Assembly (NCBI GenBank): GCA_051252375.1
Contig: JBPOFY010000005.1
Location: 1-64,000, forward strand
Direction: 5' to 3'
Origin: Opitutaceae bacterium
GTDB taxonomy: Bacteria > Verrucomicrobiota > Verrucomicrobiia > Opitutales > Coraliomargaritaceae
Length of the DNA stretch: 64,000 nucleotides
Under the pieces are notes generated by a model, which ran no database searches, was not told the origin of the DNA, and was given only the letters and a program-made list of their open reading frames with translations. Both the position numbers and the translations under genes were made by a program. Positions 1 through 9,201 of this stretch are shown here, piece after piece. Position 1 is the stretch's first letter. Each line of letters begins with the position of its first letter.

Positions 1-18
1 ATTCTGTAGCTCCCACCA
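1..18 (+). tRNA. 3' end of a tRNA (Val-like) or of a tRNA-derived repeat copy, cut by the window edge
   Basis: TCTGT-AGCTCCC-A-CCA reads as T-stem 3' strand, acceptor 3' strand, discriminator A and CCA; the 5' part is not visible. Confidence 0.5.
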
Positions 19-23
19 TTTTT

Positions 24-57
24 AGCCCGTCGACTTTTCGAGTTGGCGGGCTTTTTT
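24..57 (+). terminator. Intrinsic terminator (second copy at 203-236)
   Basis: AGCCCGTCGACT-TTTCG-AGTTGGCGGGCT followed by a T run. Confidence 0.8.
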
Positions 58-176
58 GTGTCTGCGTAGCCGCCCCAGTCTCTGGGGCGTTTCTGAAGGA
101 CGGCTGGACATGACACGTCACAGAGTGACGTGGCTACACAGTGCCCGGTCATGTCGGTCGCGTAGCTCCCTCGGAA

Positions 177-197
177 CGAATTCTGTAGCTCCCACCA
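177..197 (+). pseudogene. tRNA 3' fragment starting in the T-loop
   Basis: CGAAT-TCTGT-AGCTCCC-A-CCA; the preceding bases do not supply the 5' T-stem, so this is not an intact tRNA. Confidence 0.65.
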
Positions 198-330
198 TTT
201 TTAGCCCGTCGACTTTTCGAGTTGGCGGGCTTTTTTGTGTCTGCGTAGCCGCCCCATTCTCTGGGACGATCGTTGGAGACGGGCTGGACATGACACGTCA
301 CAGAGTGACGTGGCTACACGACTTATTAAT

Positions 331-356
331 CGGCGACGACGGAGCGTCGCCCTCCA
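331..356 (-). repeat. REP-like palindrome
   Basis: Minus strand TGGAG-GGCGACG-CTCCGT-CGTCGCC-G; same foot and loop as 39801-39826. Confidence 0.75.
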
Positions 357-364
357 TAATCGAA

Positions 365-1066
365 CTACTGCCGGCAAAGCCACTCGGCGTATTGGAGGTC
401 GGCTGGGGTGGTGATCTTTGGGTTGGGACGATCGTTGGGGACAAGGGTCGTATTTAGCCCAATCGTGGCTGCGGCTGCGGTGTCGTCTGTGATGGCTAGG
501 CCTTTAGCGCGGACGTTTTTATAAGCGTTGAAAATTTGAGCATAGTCGAACGCTTGTGGGGTTTCCATTGCCCAGAGGCGATTGCGTTCGAGGTCTTCGA
601 GTTCGATTTGTCGGGTGCTGCCGTCAATGGGTGTGCGTTTGATCGTATCAATGACGGGGTGGGCGAGCACGGCGGCGTTGTCGGCGCGGACTGCCTGATT
701 GAGTGCGCGCAGTGCACAGGAGCTGATGAGTGGTCGAGCGCAGTCGTGGATGAAGACGTAATCACAGTCTTCGCTTTGTAGGTCGAGTGCGTTGTAAACC
801 GAGTCTTGTCGTTCCTTGCCACCGATCGTCCAAGTGATGCTTACGTGTTGTAGATCTAGTTGGCTGAGTGCCTCGCTTAGAGCAACGCGCTGTGCGTCGT
901 CGCGATACACGATGGTGAATTGATCGACAATCTCTGCCTCAAGAAAAGCGCGTATGCTGTGTAGGAAGATGGGTTCGCCGTTGAGTGGTGCCAGTATTTT
1001 GTCTTCGACACTGCCTTGCATGCGGTGGCCACTGCCAGCGGCAAGGAGTATGGCGGTGGTGGGCAT
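365..1066 (-). CDS. ispD: 2-C-methyl-D-erythritol 4-phosphate cytidylyltransferase
   Basis: LAAGSGHRM, GGKERQDSV, HDCARP, ETPQAF, TDD and KITTPADL motifs. Confidence 0.93.
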   Translation of the reverse strand: MPTTAILLAAGSGHRMQGSVEDKILAPLNGEPIFLHSIRAFLEAEIVDQFTIVYRDDAQRVALSEALSQLDLQHVSITWTIGGKERQDSVYNALDLQSEDCDYVFIHDCARPLISSCALRALNQAVRADNAAVLAHPVIDTIKRTPIDGSTRQIELEDLERNRLWAMETPQAFDYAQIFNAYKNVRAKGLAITDDTAAAATIGLNTTLVPNDRPNPKITTPADLQYAEWLCRQ

Positions 1067-1069
1067 CTT

Positions 1070-1771
1070 TTATACGAGTTCGGCTTGAATGGCTTTGGCG
1101 GCTGCCGCGGGATCGTCTGCTTTTAGGATAGGGCGTCCGACGACGATATAGCTGGAACCGGCACAGGCGGCTGCGTGAGGCGTCATGATGCGCTTTTGCT
1201 CGTCAGCACTGCTGCCAACGGGGCGGATGCCGGGTGTGACGATGATCGGGTTTTGCCCGAAGCGTGCACGTAGTGGGCTGAGTTCTAGTGAGGAACAGAC
1301 GAGGCCTTGGATGCCGGCATTTAAACTCAGGTTGGCGAGGTGGATGACTTGAGCCTCTGTGCTGGCCTTGATATTGAGTGAATGTAGCTGAGCTTCATTC
1401 ATGGAAGTGAGCACGGTGACTGCGAGTAAATCGAGATTGGGCGCGTAGTCGGCGCGCGCTTTGTTGGCCCATTCCAGCATTTCGCCACCGCCGGATGCGT
1501 GAAGGGTGAGCAACTGCACGGGGAGGGTGGAGATGCTTTGGACGGCTTTGGCGACCGTGTTTGGAATGTCGTAGAGCTTGAGGTCGAGGAACACCTTATA
1601 ACCTTTGTCGGCGATTTCGCGCACGAAGTCGGGACCGTAGGCGGTAAAAAGCTGGAGACCGATTTTGACCCATTCGAGAGAATCGCCCAAGCGATCTAAC
1701 ATGGCAAAGGCTTCTTCGCGGGTCTCTACATCGAGTGCTAAGATGAGTGAGCATTTTTTGGTTTCGGACAT
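1070..1771 (-). CDS. pyrF: Orotidine-5'-phosphate decarboxylase
   Basis: LALD, FLDLKLYDIPNTV, VTPGIRP and VVGRPI motifs; ATG at 1771 preferred as start. Confidence 0.95.
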   Translation of the reverse strand: MSETKKCSLILALDVETREEAFAMLDRLGDSLEWVKIGLQLFTAYGPDFVREIADKGYKVFLDLKLYDIPNTVAKAVQSISTLPVQLLTLHASGGGEMLEWANKARADYAPNLDLLAVTVLTSMNEAQLHSLNIKASTEAQVIHLANLSLNAGIQGLVCSSLELSPLRARFGQNPIIVTPGIRPVGSSADEQKRIMTPHAAACAGSSYIVVGRPILKADDPAAAAKAIQAELV

Positions 1772-1864
1772 AATGGATGTAGTAGCAGGGAGTTTTGAGT
1801 GAGGCAAAGTGCAAAAGTATGATTTTGTCTGGTCGTCGTGAAAAGGGTGCTTCTATATGTGGCA

Positions 1865-2758
1865 ATGTCTGATTGCCCAAATTCGGTGGAGCTCGCATCT
1901 CCTGCCAAAGTGAACCTGATGCTTTCGGTGCACGGACCGCAGGCGGACGGGTTCCATGCATTGACTTCGGTGGTGGTGGCTTTGGATTTTGGGGATCGCC
2001 TCAGCGTTTGCAAATCGGCGGGTGAGGCGGACTTGCTTCGTTGCACTGATTCTCGGGTGCCGACAGGTATGGGGAATTTAGTTCTGAAAGCAGCGGCGAC
2101 CTTTCGTCGTGAGCTCGGACAATCCGTTTTTTTTGAATTTGTTCTAGAAAAGCACATTCCGATGGGAGCTGGTTTAGGAGGGGGGAGCAGTAATGCCTCC
2201 TCGGCCCTGCTAGGGATGAACACTCTGACGGGAGAACCGTTCTCCAAGCAGCAGTTGATGGAGATCGCGGCTGAGCTTGGCTCGGATTGCCCTTTCTTCA
2301 TAGATCCGCGTCCATCGGTCATGCGTGGTCGCGGCGAAGTGATTGAGCCTTTGACTGAGGAGGCGGCAAACCAACTACAGGGGCAGCGTTTGGTATTGTT
2401 TCGTCCAGATTTCGGGGTGGAGACCGCTTGGGCTTATGGTCAGTTGCGGTCGGAAGCACCGCAGAGCTATGAATCGGAGGTCTTGGCCGTAGATCGGTTG
2501 ACTCGATTTAATCAGTCACAGGACTTATCGTCCCTATTATTCAACTCTTTCGAGACGGTGGTAGGCCTGAAGTATCTGGCTCTGCCTTGTTTGTTGGAAG
2601 AACTTCGCAATCAAGGAATTAATTGCTTAATGAGCGGTAGCGGAAGCTGCTGTTTTGCTCTTCTTAAAGAAAAGAGCCTTTCTCCTTCACAAATGCACGA
2701 AATATGTCGGAATGCGTGGGGGTCTTCGGTATTTTGGGTTGAAACTTTTATCAGCTGA
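1865..2758 (+). CDS. ispE: 4-diphosphocytidyl-2-C-methyl-D-erythritol kinase
   Basis: SPAKVNL, GHMP motif IPMGAGLGGGSSNA, LGSDCPFF, MSGSGS. Confidence 0.93.
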   Translation: MSDCPNSVELASPAKVNLMLSVHGPQADGFHALTSVVVALDFGDRLSVCKSAGEADLLRCTDSRVPTGMGNLVLKAAATFRRELGQSVFFEFVLEKHIPMGAGLGGGSSNASSALLGMNTLTGEPFSKQQLMEIAAELGSDCPFFIDPRPSVMRGRGEVIEPLTEEAANQLQGQRLVLFRPDFGVETAWAYGQLRSEAPQSYESEVLAVDRLTRFNQSQDLSSLLFNSFETVVGLKYLALPCLLEELRNQGINCLMSGSGSCCFALLKEKSLSPSQMHEICRNAWGSSVFWVETFIS

Positions 2759-2835
2759 TTCAAAAATCTAAGTGTCGTTGACTACCAGTCCGTTCATTTT
2801 CCTATAATTTTCCTACAATTTCATTTTACAAATTA

Positions 2836-4599
2836 GTGTCTGATCCAACATCCAAAGAAGAAATCATCCTAGAGGGTATTCCGGCCTCGCCGGGTGTCGC
2901 TCATGGCACTGCTTTGGTGTATCTGCAAAAGCAGTTAGAGATTCCATCTTTTGACTTGGAGGAAAACTTGGTGGATCAAGAAATTGAACGCTTGGACCAT
3001 GCCATTCTCGAAACACGTGCGGAGATCACCTCGGTCCGCAATAAGGTGGCAGAGAGTTTGGGTGAGGGCGAAGCAGCGATTTTTGATGCCCACCTAATGG
3101 TGCTGGAGGACAATGCGCTTATTTCAGAAGTGATTGCTGAGGTGCGTAGTTCTAAGAAGAACGTAGAGCACTGTTATAACAATGTCGCTCAGCGTTATAT
3201 TTCCTTTTTCAGCTCGATGGAAGACGAGTATCTGAAAGAGCGTGTTTCTGATATCCGCGATGTGACTCGCCGGTTGCTGCATAATTTGATCGGGATGAAG
3301 AAAGTCGATTTGGGGCATATCCCACACGACAGTATTGTTATTTCCGAAGACATTACACCGTCGGATACGGCGGATATGGATCGCAATAAGTTGCTCGGTT
3401 TCGCCACGGATGTGGGCGGTAAAACCAGCCATTCCGTAATCATGGCTCGTTCCCTCGGGATACCAGCAGTGGTGGGGTTGCGTGAGGCGACGTCACGGAT
3501 CAAGAGTGGCGATCAGATTCTCCTCGATGGGCATGAGGGCGTGATCGTCATCAATCCAACTGAGGAGCGACTGTATAAATACGGGAAGCTCGCGAATGAG
3601 CGTCGCAAACTCGATGCTATCTACCACACCGCGATTTCGCAGCCAAGCGAGACGAAGGATGGCGCACCGATTCACTTGATGGCTAATATCGAGGGCACGC
3701 AGGACATGGAACTTGCTCTGGCGATGAATGCCGACGGAGTGGGCCTTTTCCGGACGGAAGGTATTTTTCTTCGTCACCACGGATATCCACCAGAGGATGT
3801 GCAATACGAGGAGTATGCCGCGGTGACCAAAGCTGCGGGGAAGAACCCAGTCATCATTCGAACCTTAGATGTTGGGGGCGATAAGACGATTGGCGATGAA
3901 ACCGTAAAGGAAGATAATTCTTTCATGGGTTTCCGCGCGATTCGCTTTTGTCTCGAGAATATATCGATTTTTAAAACACAGCTGCGGGCGATCCTGCGTG
4001 CGAGTGCGCATGGTAACGTCAAGTTGATGTATCCGATGATCAGTGGACTGCCTGAGCTTCACCGTGCAAATGAGGTGCTGGATTCAGTGAAATCTGAACT
4101 GCGAGCGGAAGGCATTGCCTTTGATGAAGCGATTGAAGTGGGCGCGATGGTGGAAGTGCCCAGCGCGGCTGTTATTGTCGATATGCTCGCCGCGGAAACA
4201 GACTTTTTAAGTATTGGGACCAATGATTTGATTCAATATTTGATGGCGGTTGATCGTTTGAATGACCGTGTGGCCCACCTTTATGACCCCGCGCATCCGG
4301 CAGTGATACGCACTTTGCAGGCGATTATCGACGGTGGACGTAAAGCGAATATCCCAGTGAGTGTTTGCGGCGAAATCGCAGGCGACCCGGTCTTTGCGGC
4401 ACTTCTAGTCGGAATGGGCGCAGACTCGCTGAGTTTGACTGCGAATTCACTGCCTGAGGTGAAATATTTGATCCGAATGATGAATTCTGAGGACGCGAAG
4501 GTCTTGGTGAAGAAAGCGCTTCAATCTAATTCATCGATTGAAATTTTGGAGTTGCTCGAGAATTTCCGTTTGGATGCCCTCGGTGAGCTTGTGCACTAA
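2836..4599 (+). CDS. ptsI: PEP-protein phosphotransferase (PTS enzyme I)
   Basis: TSHSVIMAR phospho-His motif, GVGLFRTE, SIGTNDLIQY, VCGE. Confidence 0.93.
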   Translation: MSDPTSKEEIILEGIPASPGVAHGTALVYLQKQLEIPSFDLEENLVDQEIERLDHAILETRAEITSVRNKVAESLGEGEAAIFDAHLMVLEDNALISEVIAEVRSSKKNVEHCYNNVAQRYISFFSSMEDEYLKERVSDIRDVTRRLLHNLIGMKKVDLGHIPHDSIVISEDITPSDTADMDRNKLLGFATDVGGKTSHSVIMARSLGIPAVVGLREATSRIKSGDQILLDGHEGVIVINPTEERLYKYGKLANERRKLDAIYHTAISQPSETKDGAPIHLMANIEGTQDMELALAMNADGVGLFRTEGIFLRHHGYPPEDVQYEEYAAVTKAAGKNPVIIRTLDVGGDKTIGDETVKEDNSFMGFRAIRFCLENISIFKTQLRAILRASAHGNVKLMYPMISGLPELHRANEVLDSVKSELRAEGIAFDEAIEVGAMVEVPSAAVIVDMLAAETDFLSIGTNDLIQYLMAVDRLNDRVAHLYDPAHPAVIRTLQAIIDGGRKANIPVSVCGEIAGDPVFAALLVGMGADSLSLTANSLPEVKYLIRMMNSEDAKVLVKKALQSNSSIEILELLENFRLDALGELVH

Positions 4600-4756
4600 G
4601 TCCATCGCGGTTGGCGCAGATTGCTTAGTCGCGGCTTGATTTTGACGTAGGCAGTAGCGAATTGCTCGGTATTTGCGGTTTATTTCTGCATTTCGGTGAT
4701 ATTAGGTTGATTCACAGGATTACGTTAGTTTGCTGTGGTTTTCCCGACCTTACATA

Positions 4757-6004
4757 GTGAAAACCCTTATACTAACCAGCTTATACCCCCCATTGGGGAG
4801 TAGTGGGCACCACGCTAGATGTCAGCAAGTTGTTGAAGCATTGTCGAAGCGAGGGCATCGCTTGCAGGTTTTAACTTCGAATCATCGGTTGCCCCCTATG
4901 GGCGTGGCGACGGATAAAGGGGTGTTTCGCGATTTAACGCTACGCGCGGATCATACTGATGCCGAGTTGCGGGCCCTCACGTATCAGGAAGTGTTGACCT
5001 TGGATTTGGGCAATGCGGCAGTGATCGATTATCGCGTCACACGTTTTAAACCTGACATCATTCTGGTTTGGGATGCCATGCGCCTGTCTAATTCGGTATT
5101 AATGAGGCTACAGAATAAGCGGGTGCCTGTAGTCTATGATTTGCACAATGAATGGTTGGCGTCGAATAACTACGAACGAGACCCATGGTTTTGGTGGTGG
5201 CGCAAGCAGAAATCGATTTCGGTGGGAGTTCGAAAATTGTGGATGACCTTGACCGGTGCCCGCCGTCGTATTTTACGCAAGTTGCCCGTGCAGGGTGCTA
5301 CGAATCTCGACTTATCGCATGCATGGTGTGCGAGTATTTGTTTGAGGGACAAGTTGGTTGCCGAAGGCCATAGCCTAACCAATTGCCCAGTGATATATTC
5401 CGCATTGAACCCAGTGGATTTGATTCGAAAGGAGCGTTATGCGAAAACGATGCGATTCATCTGGGCGGGTCGTCTATCAGAGACCAAAGCGCCCGATCTT
5501 GCTTTGGATGCAGTGGCATGTCTGGTCAAGAAAGGCGTGCCAGTTACATTGGATATTTATGGGATGGGTGAACCTCTGGAACGTAAAACATTTCGTGAGA
5601 ATATCGTGGCAATGGGGCTGAGCGATTCCGTGAAAATGATTGGTATTCGACCAGGCAAACTGGCTAATAAATATTCAGAATATGATGCATTGCTCTTTAC
5701 TAGCCGTGCCAACGATCCGTTCCCAGTGACACCAGTTGAAGCCATGTGGTCTGGTCTACCGTGTATCGTTCCCAGTGATGGCGGTATTCGAGAAGTGGTC
5801 GTAGATGGCGAGACGGCGATTTTGTTCGAGACTGGCAGCGTCGAGTCGCTAGTCGCTGCGATGGAGCGCTTTATTAGTTTACCCGATACTGGAGAGCACC
5901 TTGCAAGGCAGTGCATTGAGAGATTGCAAGCTCGCCATAGTATGGATACATATTTGGACGAAGTGGAAGCTATCATGTCTTTCGCAGTGACCCCAAAACC
6001 TTAA
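4757..6004 (+). CDS. GT4-family glycosyltransferase
   Basis: LYPP N-terminus, AGRLSETK, DPFPVTPVEAM; GTG start inferred. Confidence 0.8.
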   Translation: MKTLILTSLYPPLGSSGHHARCQQVVEALSKRGHRLQVLTSNHRLPPMGVATDKGVFRDLTLRADHTDAELRALTYQEVLTLDLGNAAVIDYRVTRFKPDIILVWDAMRLSNSVLMRLQNKRVPVVYDLHNEWLASNNYERDPWFWWWRKQKSISVGVRKLWMTLTGARRRILRKLPVQGATNLDLSHAWCASICLRDKLVAEGHSLTNCPVIYSALNPVDLIRKERYAKTMRFIWAGRLSETKAPDLALDAVACLVKKGVPVTLDIYGMGEPLERKTFRENIVAMGLSDSVKMIGIRPGKLANKYSEYDALLFTSRANDPFPVTPVEAMWSGLPCIVPSDGGIREVVVDGETAILFETGSVESLVAAMERFISLPDTGEHLARQCIERLQARHSMDTYLDEVEAIMSFAVTPKP

Positions 6005-6014
6005 TATTAACATT

Positions 6015-6413
6015 ATGTCCGCATCTCCATCGATCCCTTCAGTGGTTTATGACCCTGAAACACCGATCATGGATCGTGAGCAGATCGATATGTTGTTAAT
6101 GGTTGAAGATGGCGAAGACTCGACTTCGTTGATTCGTGAGCTATTCGATTTATTTGAAGGAGAAAGCCGTGAAAAACTGCTAAGCTTAGATCGAGTCTGT
6201 GAGGCGAATGATCTGGCTGAATTGCGTCGGGTTGTCCACTTCGTCGCAGGCAGTGCGGGTAATTTAGGATTGGCTCGACTGAGTGCTTTTTATCGCGCGA
6301 TCGAACGCAGTGTCGATACCGGAGCGCTGAATCAAATTGCAGACTGCGCTTCGCCGATACGCTCAGAGTTTGAAGTAGCGTGCGTCGCGTTTCAGGCTGA
6401 ATTTGGGCTTTAA
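6015..6413 (+). CDS. Stand-alone Hpt (histidine phosphotransfer) domain protein
   Basis: VHFVAGSAGNLG resembles the Hpt HxxKGxxxxxG motif. Confidence 0.7.
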   Translation: MSASPSIPSVVYDPETPIMDREQIDMLLMVEDGEDSTSLIRELFDLFEGESREKLLSLDRVCEANDLAELRRVVHFVAGSAGNLGLARLSAFYRAIERSVDTGALNQIADCASPIRSEFEVACVAFQAEFGL

Positions 6414-6419
6414 GGGCAA

Positions 6420-7955
6420 TTATTTAGGCTCGTCTTGTTCGTCGATCGTTTTTGCATGTAGCTGAAAGGCCGTCAGTTCCTCTCGTATGACTGGTAGTAG
6501 GAAATAGACGCCAATTAGATTAGGGAAACACATTCCCAATAGCATCCCGTCAGAGAAGTCTGTAACTGCTCCAAGTGATGCTGCTGCACCGATCACAATG
6601 CAGATGCAAAAGAGTATTTTATAGGAAAGGTCGGCTACCTTGCCTGCGCCGAAGAGGCTGTTCCAAGCTTGCTGACCGTAATATGACCAAGAAAGTAGGG
6701 TTGAGATCGCAAAGAGTGTGACTGCTACGAAGAGAACAAATGGGAACCATGAGATGACCGAAGCAAATGCTTGTGAAGTGACTTCGATGCCATTGGCACT
6801 GGTGAGATCTGGACCGTATGTGCCGGTTAGGACGATCACTAAAGCTGTCAGCGAACAGACGACGATCGTGTCAATAAACGGCTCCAACAATGCTACGATA
6901 CCTTCACTGGCAGGTTTGCTCGTTTTGACTGCCGAGTGTGCGATCGGCGCGGATCCAATGCCTGCTTCGTTCGAGAAAGTTCCGCGTTGAATACCCACGA
7001 GCATGGCTCCGATCAAGCCGCCGACATAGGCGTCTGGTGTGAAGGCTTGTTCGATGATGAGTTTAATCGCGCCTGGGACTTCGGATAGGTGCAAGCCAAC
7101 GATCACAAGTGCGCCAAGGATGTATGTGAGACACATCAATGGCACTAAGCGTGAGGTGACATTTGCAATACGGCGGATCCCACCAATAATCACAACCGCG
7201 ACAAGCACTGCGATAACCGCACCGAAAACCCAGCGGTAATTTGCTAGAATACTTTCGCTGCCTCCGCTAATCTCTACGAATTGCGAGCAGGCTTGATTGA
7301 TTTGAAACATGTTACCGCCACCAAGCGAGGCTCCGACACAAAGTATGGCGAAGGTGATTCCGAGGAACTTACCTAACTTTGCCCAGCCACGTTCAGCCAA
7401 GCCCTTGGTCAAATACTTCATCGGACCGCCTTGAACCTTACCATTGGCATCAATATCGCGGTAGCGAACGCCGAGCGTGCATTCGGCAAACTTTGTAGTC
7501 ATCCCTAGAAAGCCGATCACGATCATCCAAAATGCGGCACCAGGCCCGCCTTTTGAAATGGCGATCGCGACGCCTGCTATATTTCCCAGGCCGACAGTGG
7601 CTGATAAGGCTGCGGTGAGGGCTTGGAAGTGTGTGATTTCTCCTGGGTCGGAAGGCGATGAGTATTTGCCACGAACGGTGCGGCAGGCCAGTCCCAAATA
7701 GCGCAGGTTAATAAATTTGAAGTGAAAGGTCAGGAAAATGCCTGTGCCTGCTAGCCAAATTAAAATGAATGGAATTGGTTGCCCCGCAATGGTGATTGGC
7801 GCGAAGAAAATGATTTTGAAAATGCGATCAGTCCAGGGCGCGACGGCTTCGTTGATGGTCGCATCCAAGCTCTTTTCCTGTGCCCAGGCACAACTTGCAG
7901 AGAAATGGTAGAGGATTGCTGTAAATGTGGTGAGTAGTATGTTTTTGAATCGCAT
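6420..7955 (-). CDS. Alanine/glycine:cation symporter (AGCS family)
   Basis: HFQAL..ALSATVGLGNIAGVA, GGPGAAFWM, FSNEAGIGSA, SYYG. Confidence 0.92.
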   Translation of the reverse strand: MRFKNILLTTFTAILYHFSASCAWAQEKSLDATINEAVAPWTDRIFKIIFFAPITIAGQPIPFILIWLAGTGIFLTFHFKFINLRYLGLACRTVRGKYSSPSDPGEITHFQALTAALSATVGLGNIAGVAIAISKGGPGAAFWMIVIGFLGMTTKFAECTLGVRYRDIDANGKVQGGPMKYLTKGLAERGWAKLGKFLGITFAILCVGASLGGGNMFQINQACSQFVEISGGSESILANYRWVFGAVIAVLVAVVIIGGIRRIANVTSRLVPLMCLTYILGALVIVGLHLSEVPGAIKLIIEQAFTPDAYVGGLIGAMLVGIQRGTFSNEAGIGSAPIAHSAVKTSKPASEGIVALLEPFIDTIVVCSLTALVIVLTGTYGPDLTSANGIEVTSQAFASVISWFPFVLFVAVTLFAISTLLSWSYYGQQAWNSLFGAGKVADLSYKILFCICIVIGAAASLGAVTDFSDGMLLGMCFPNLIGVYFLLPVIREELTAFQLHAKTIDEQDEPK

Positions 7956-8079
7956 GGCTGGCTGGTAGTTCTGTGGAGAGAATGGAAACAGGGCGTTTTT
8001 CTGCAACGTAAAATCCCTAGACTAAAAAAACCACGCTATCGGAGTGACTTTAGATCGTGCGCAGTTTTAGATCAGTGGG

Positions 8080-9192
8080 ATGTCATTACTGGATCGATAT
8101 GTTTTTAAGGAGTGGTTGGTGGGCTTTGCCCTCACGCTAGGGGTGATTGTGGGCATCCTGATCCTCCAGAACATGTATGATACCTTGCCCGACTTGCTGT
8201 CGCAAAAAGCTGGGTTCCAAAAAATTGTTTTCTACTACGCGCTGGCGTTGCCGACTTATTTGCCCGCCATCTTGCCGATAGCGTTCCTAGTGTCGTTGCT
8301 TTTTTCGCTGGGGAGCTTGCATCGAAATAATGAGATCATCGCTATGCGGGCGACTGGCGCTAGCTTGTTTCGTATCAGCCGGTCACTTTGGGGTGCTGGG
8401 CTGTTCTTGTCTGCATTGTTGTTTTATCTGACTGCTTCGGTTGTGCCAAAGGCGGTAGAGCAGTCACGCACGTTTTTTGATAACTTGGAATTTGCTGCGG
8501 CTGAAAGTCAGAAAGACAGTAAAGATGTCGGGCTGATTTATAATTTGGGCTTTGATAACCGTAAGGACGGGCGCCTTTGGTTCATGAATCGATTCAGCGA
8601 GCGCGCTTGGTTGGGACTCGGGGTGAATGTGCATACGCGTGATCAGGATGGCATGGAAACCAGTCGGATATCTGCCAAGGAGGCTTATTTTGACGATACA
8701 CTGGGGCATTGGGTCTTTTTGGATGGGCGTGAGTTGATGTTAGACTCCGAAACGGGCGATCCGCTGCGCACCTTGCCTTTTAAGGAGAAGACATTTGAGG
8801 ACTTTGGAGAGGACCCGAGTCTCATGCTAGCCTTGCACAAAAAGCCCAAAGAACTGTCTCTATTTGAACTGCGTCGAATCGTAGAAACGGTGCCGCCGAG
8901 CGAGAACCCGAAAGTGCATGCATATCTCGTTCGTTACCTTTCATTGCTCGCAGTGCCTTTTAGTTGCTTGGTTGTCGTCGGAATTGCTGTGCCATTTGCG
9001 GTCTCGGGAGTGCGCACCAACCCTATGATCGGAGTGTCCAAATGTATGGGCTTCTTTTTACTTTTTTATGTTTTGATTATAGTGACCACGATTATGGGAG
9101 AGCAGCGGATGGTGCCCGCGTTGCTGGCGGCGTGGTTACCCAATATAATTATGCTTGGATTGTCTGTGCAGCTCTTTCGAAAGGCTCGCTAG
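8080..9192 (+). CDS. LptF/LptG family LPS export permease
   Basis: LLDRY N-terminus, NNEIIAMRATG, 3+3 TM layout, AAWLPNII. Confidence 0.88.
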   Translation: MSLLDRYVFKEWLVGFALTLGVIVGILILQNMYDTLPDLLSQKAGFQKIVFYYALALPTYLPAILPIAFLVSLLFSLGSLHRNNEIIAMRATGASLFRISRSLWGAGLFLSALLFYLTASVVPKAVEQSRTFFDNLEFAAAESQKDSKDVGLIYNLGFDNRKDGRLWFMNRFSERAWLGLGVNVHTRDQDGMETSRISAKEAYFDDTLGHWVFLDGRELMLDSETGDPLRTLPFKEKTFEDFGEDPSLMLALHKKPKELSLFELRRIVETVPPSENPKVHAYLVRYLSLLAVPFSCLVVVGIAVPFAVSGVRTNPMIGVSKCMGFFLLFYVLIIVTTIMGEQRMVPALLAAWLPNIIMLGLSVQLFRKAR

Positions 9193-9201
9193 GCTACATT
9201 T

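Larger units (their letters stand above)
1..319 (+). repeat. Tandem ~179-180 bp repeat (copies 1-139 and 180-319; may continue left of window): tRNA 3' end + terminator + REP doublet
   Basis: ATTCTGTAGCTCCCACCATTTTTAGCCCG... starts at both 1 and 180; CAGAGTGACGTGGCTACAC starts at both 121 and 301. Confidence 0.95.

Noticed and set aside
1..360. Possible CRISPR array
   Set aside because: Only two ~180-bp units with tRNA/terminator/REP content; no short repeat-spacer periodicity and no cas genes
56..457. 133-aa ORF with internal repeats
   Set aside because: Translation of the non-coding tandem repeat, overlapping ispD antisense
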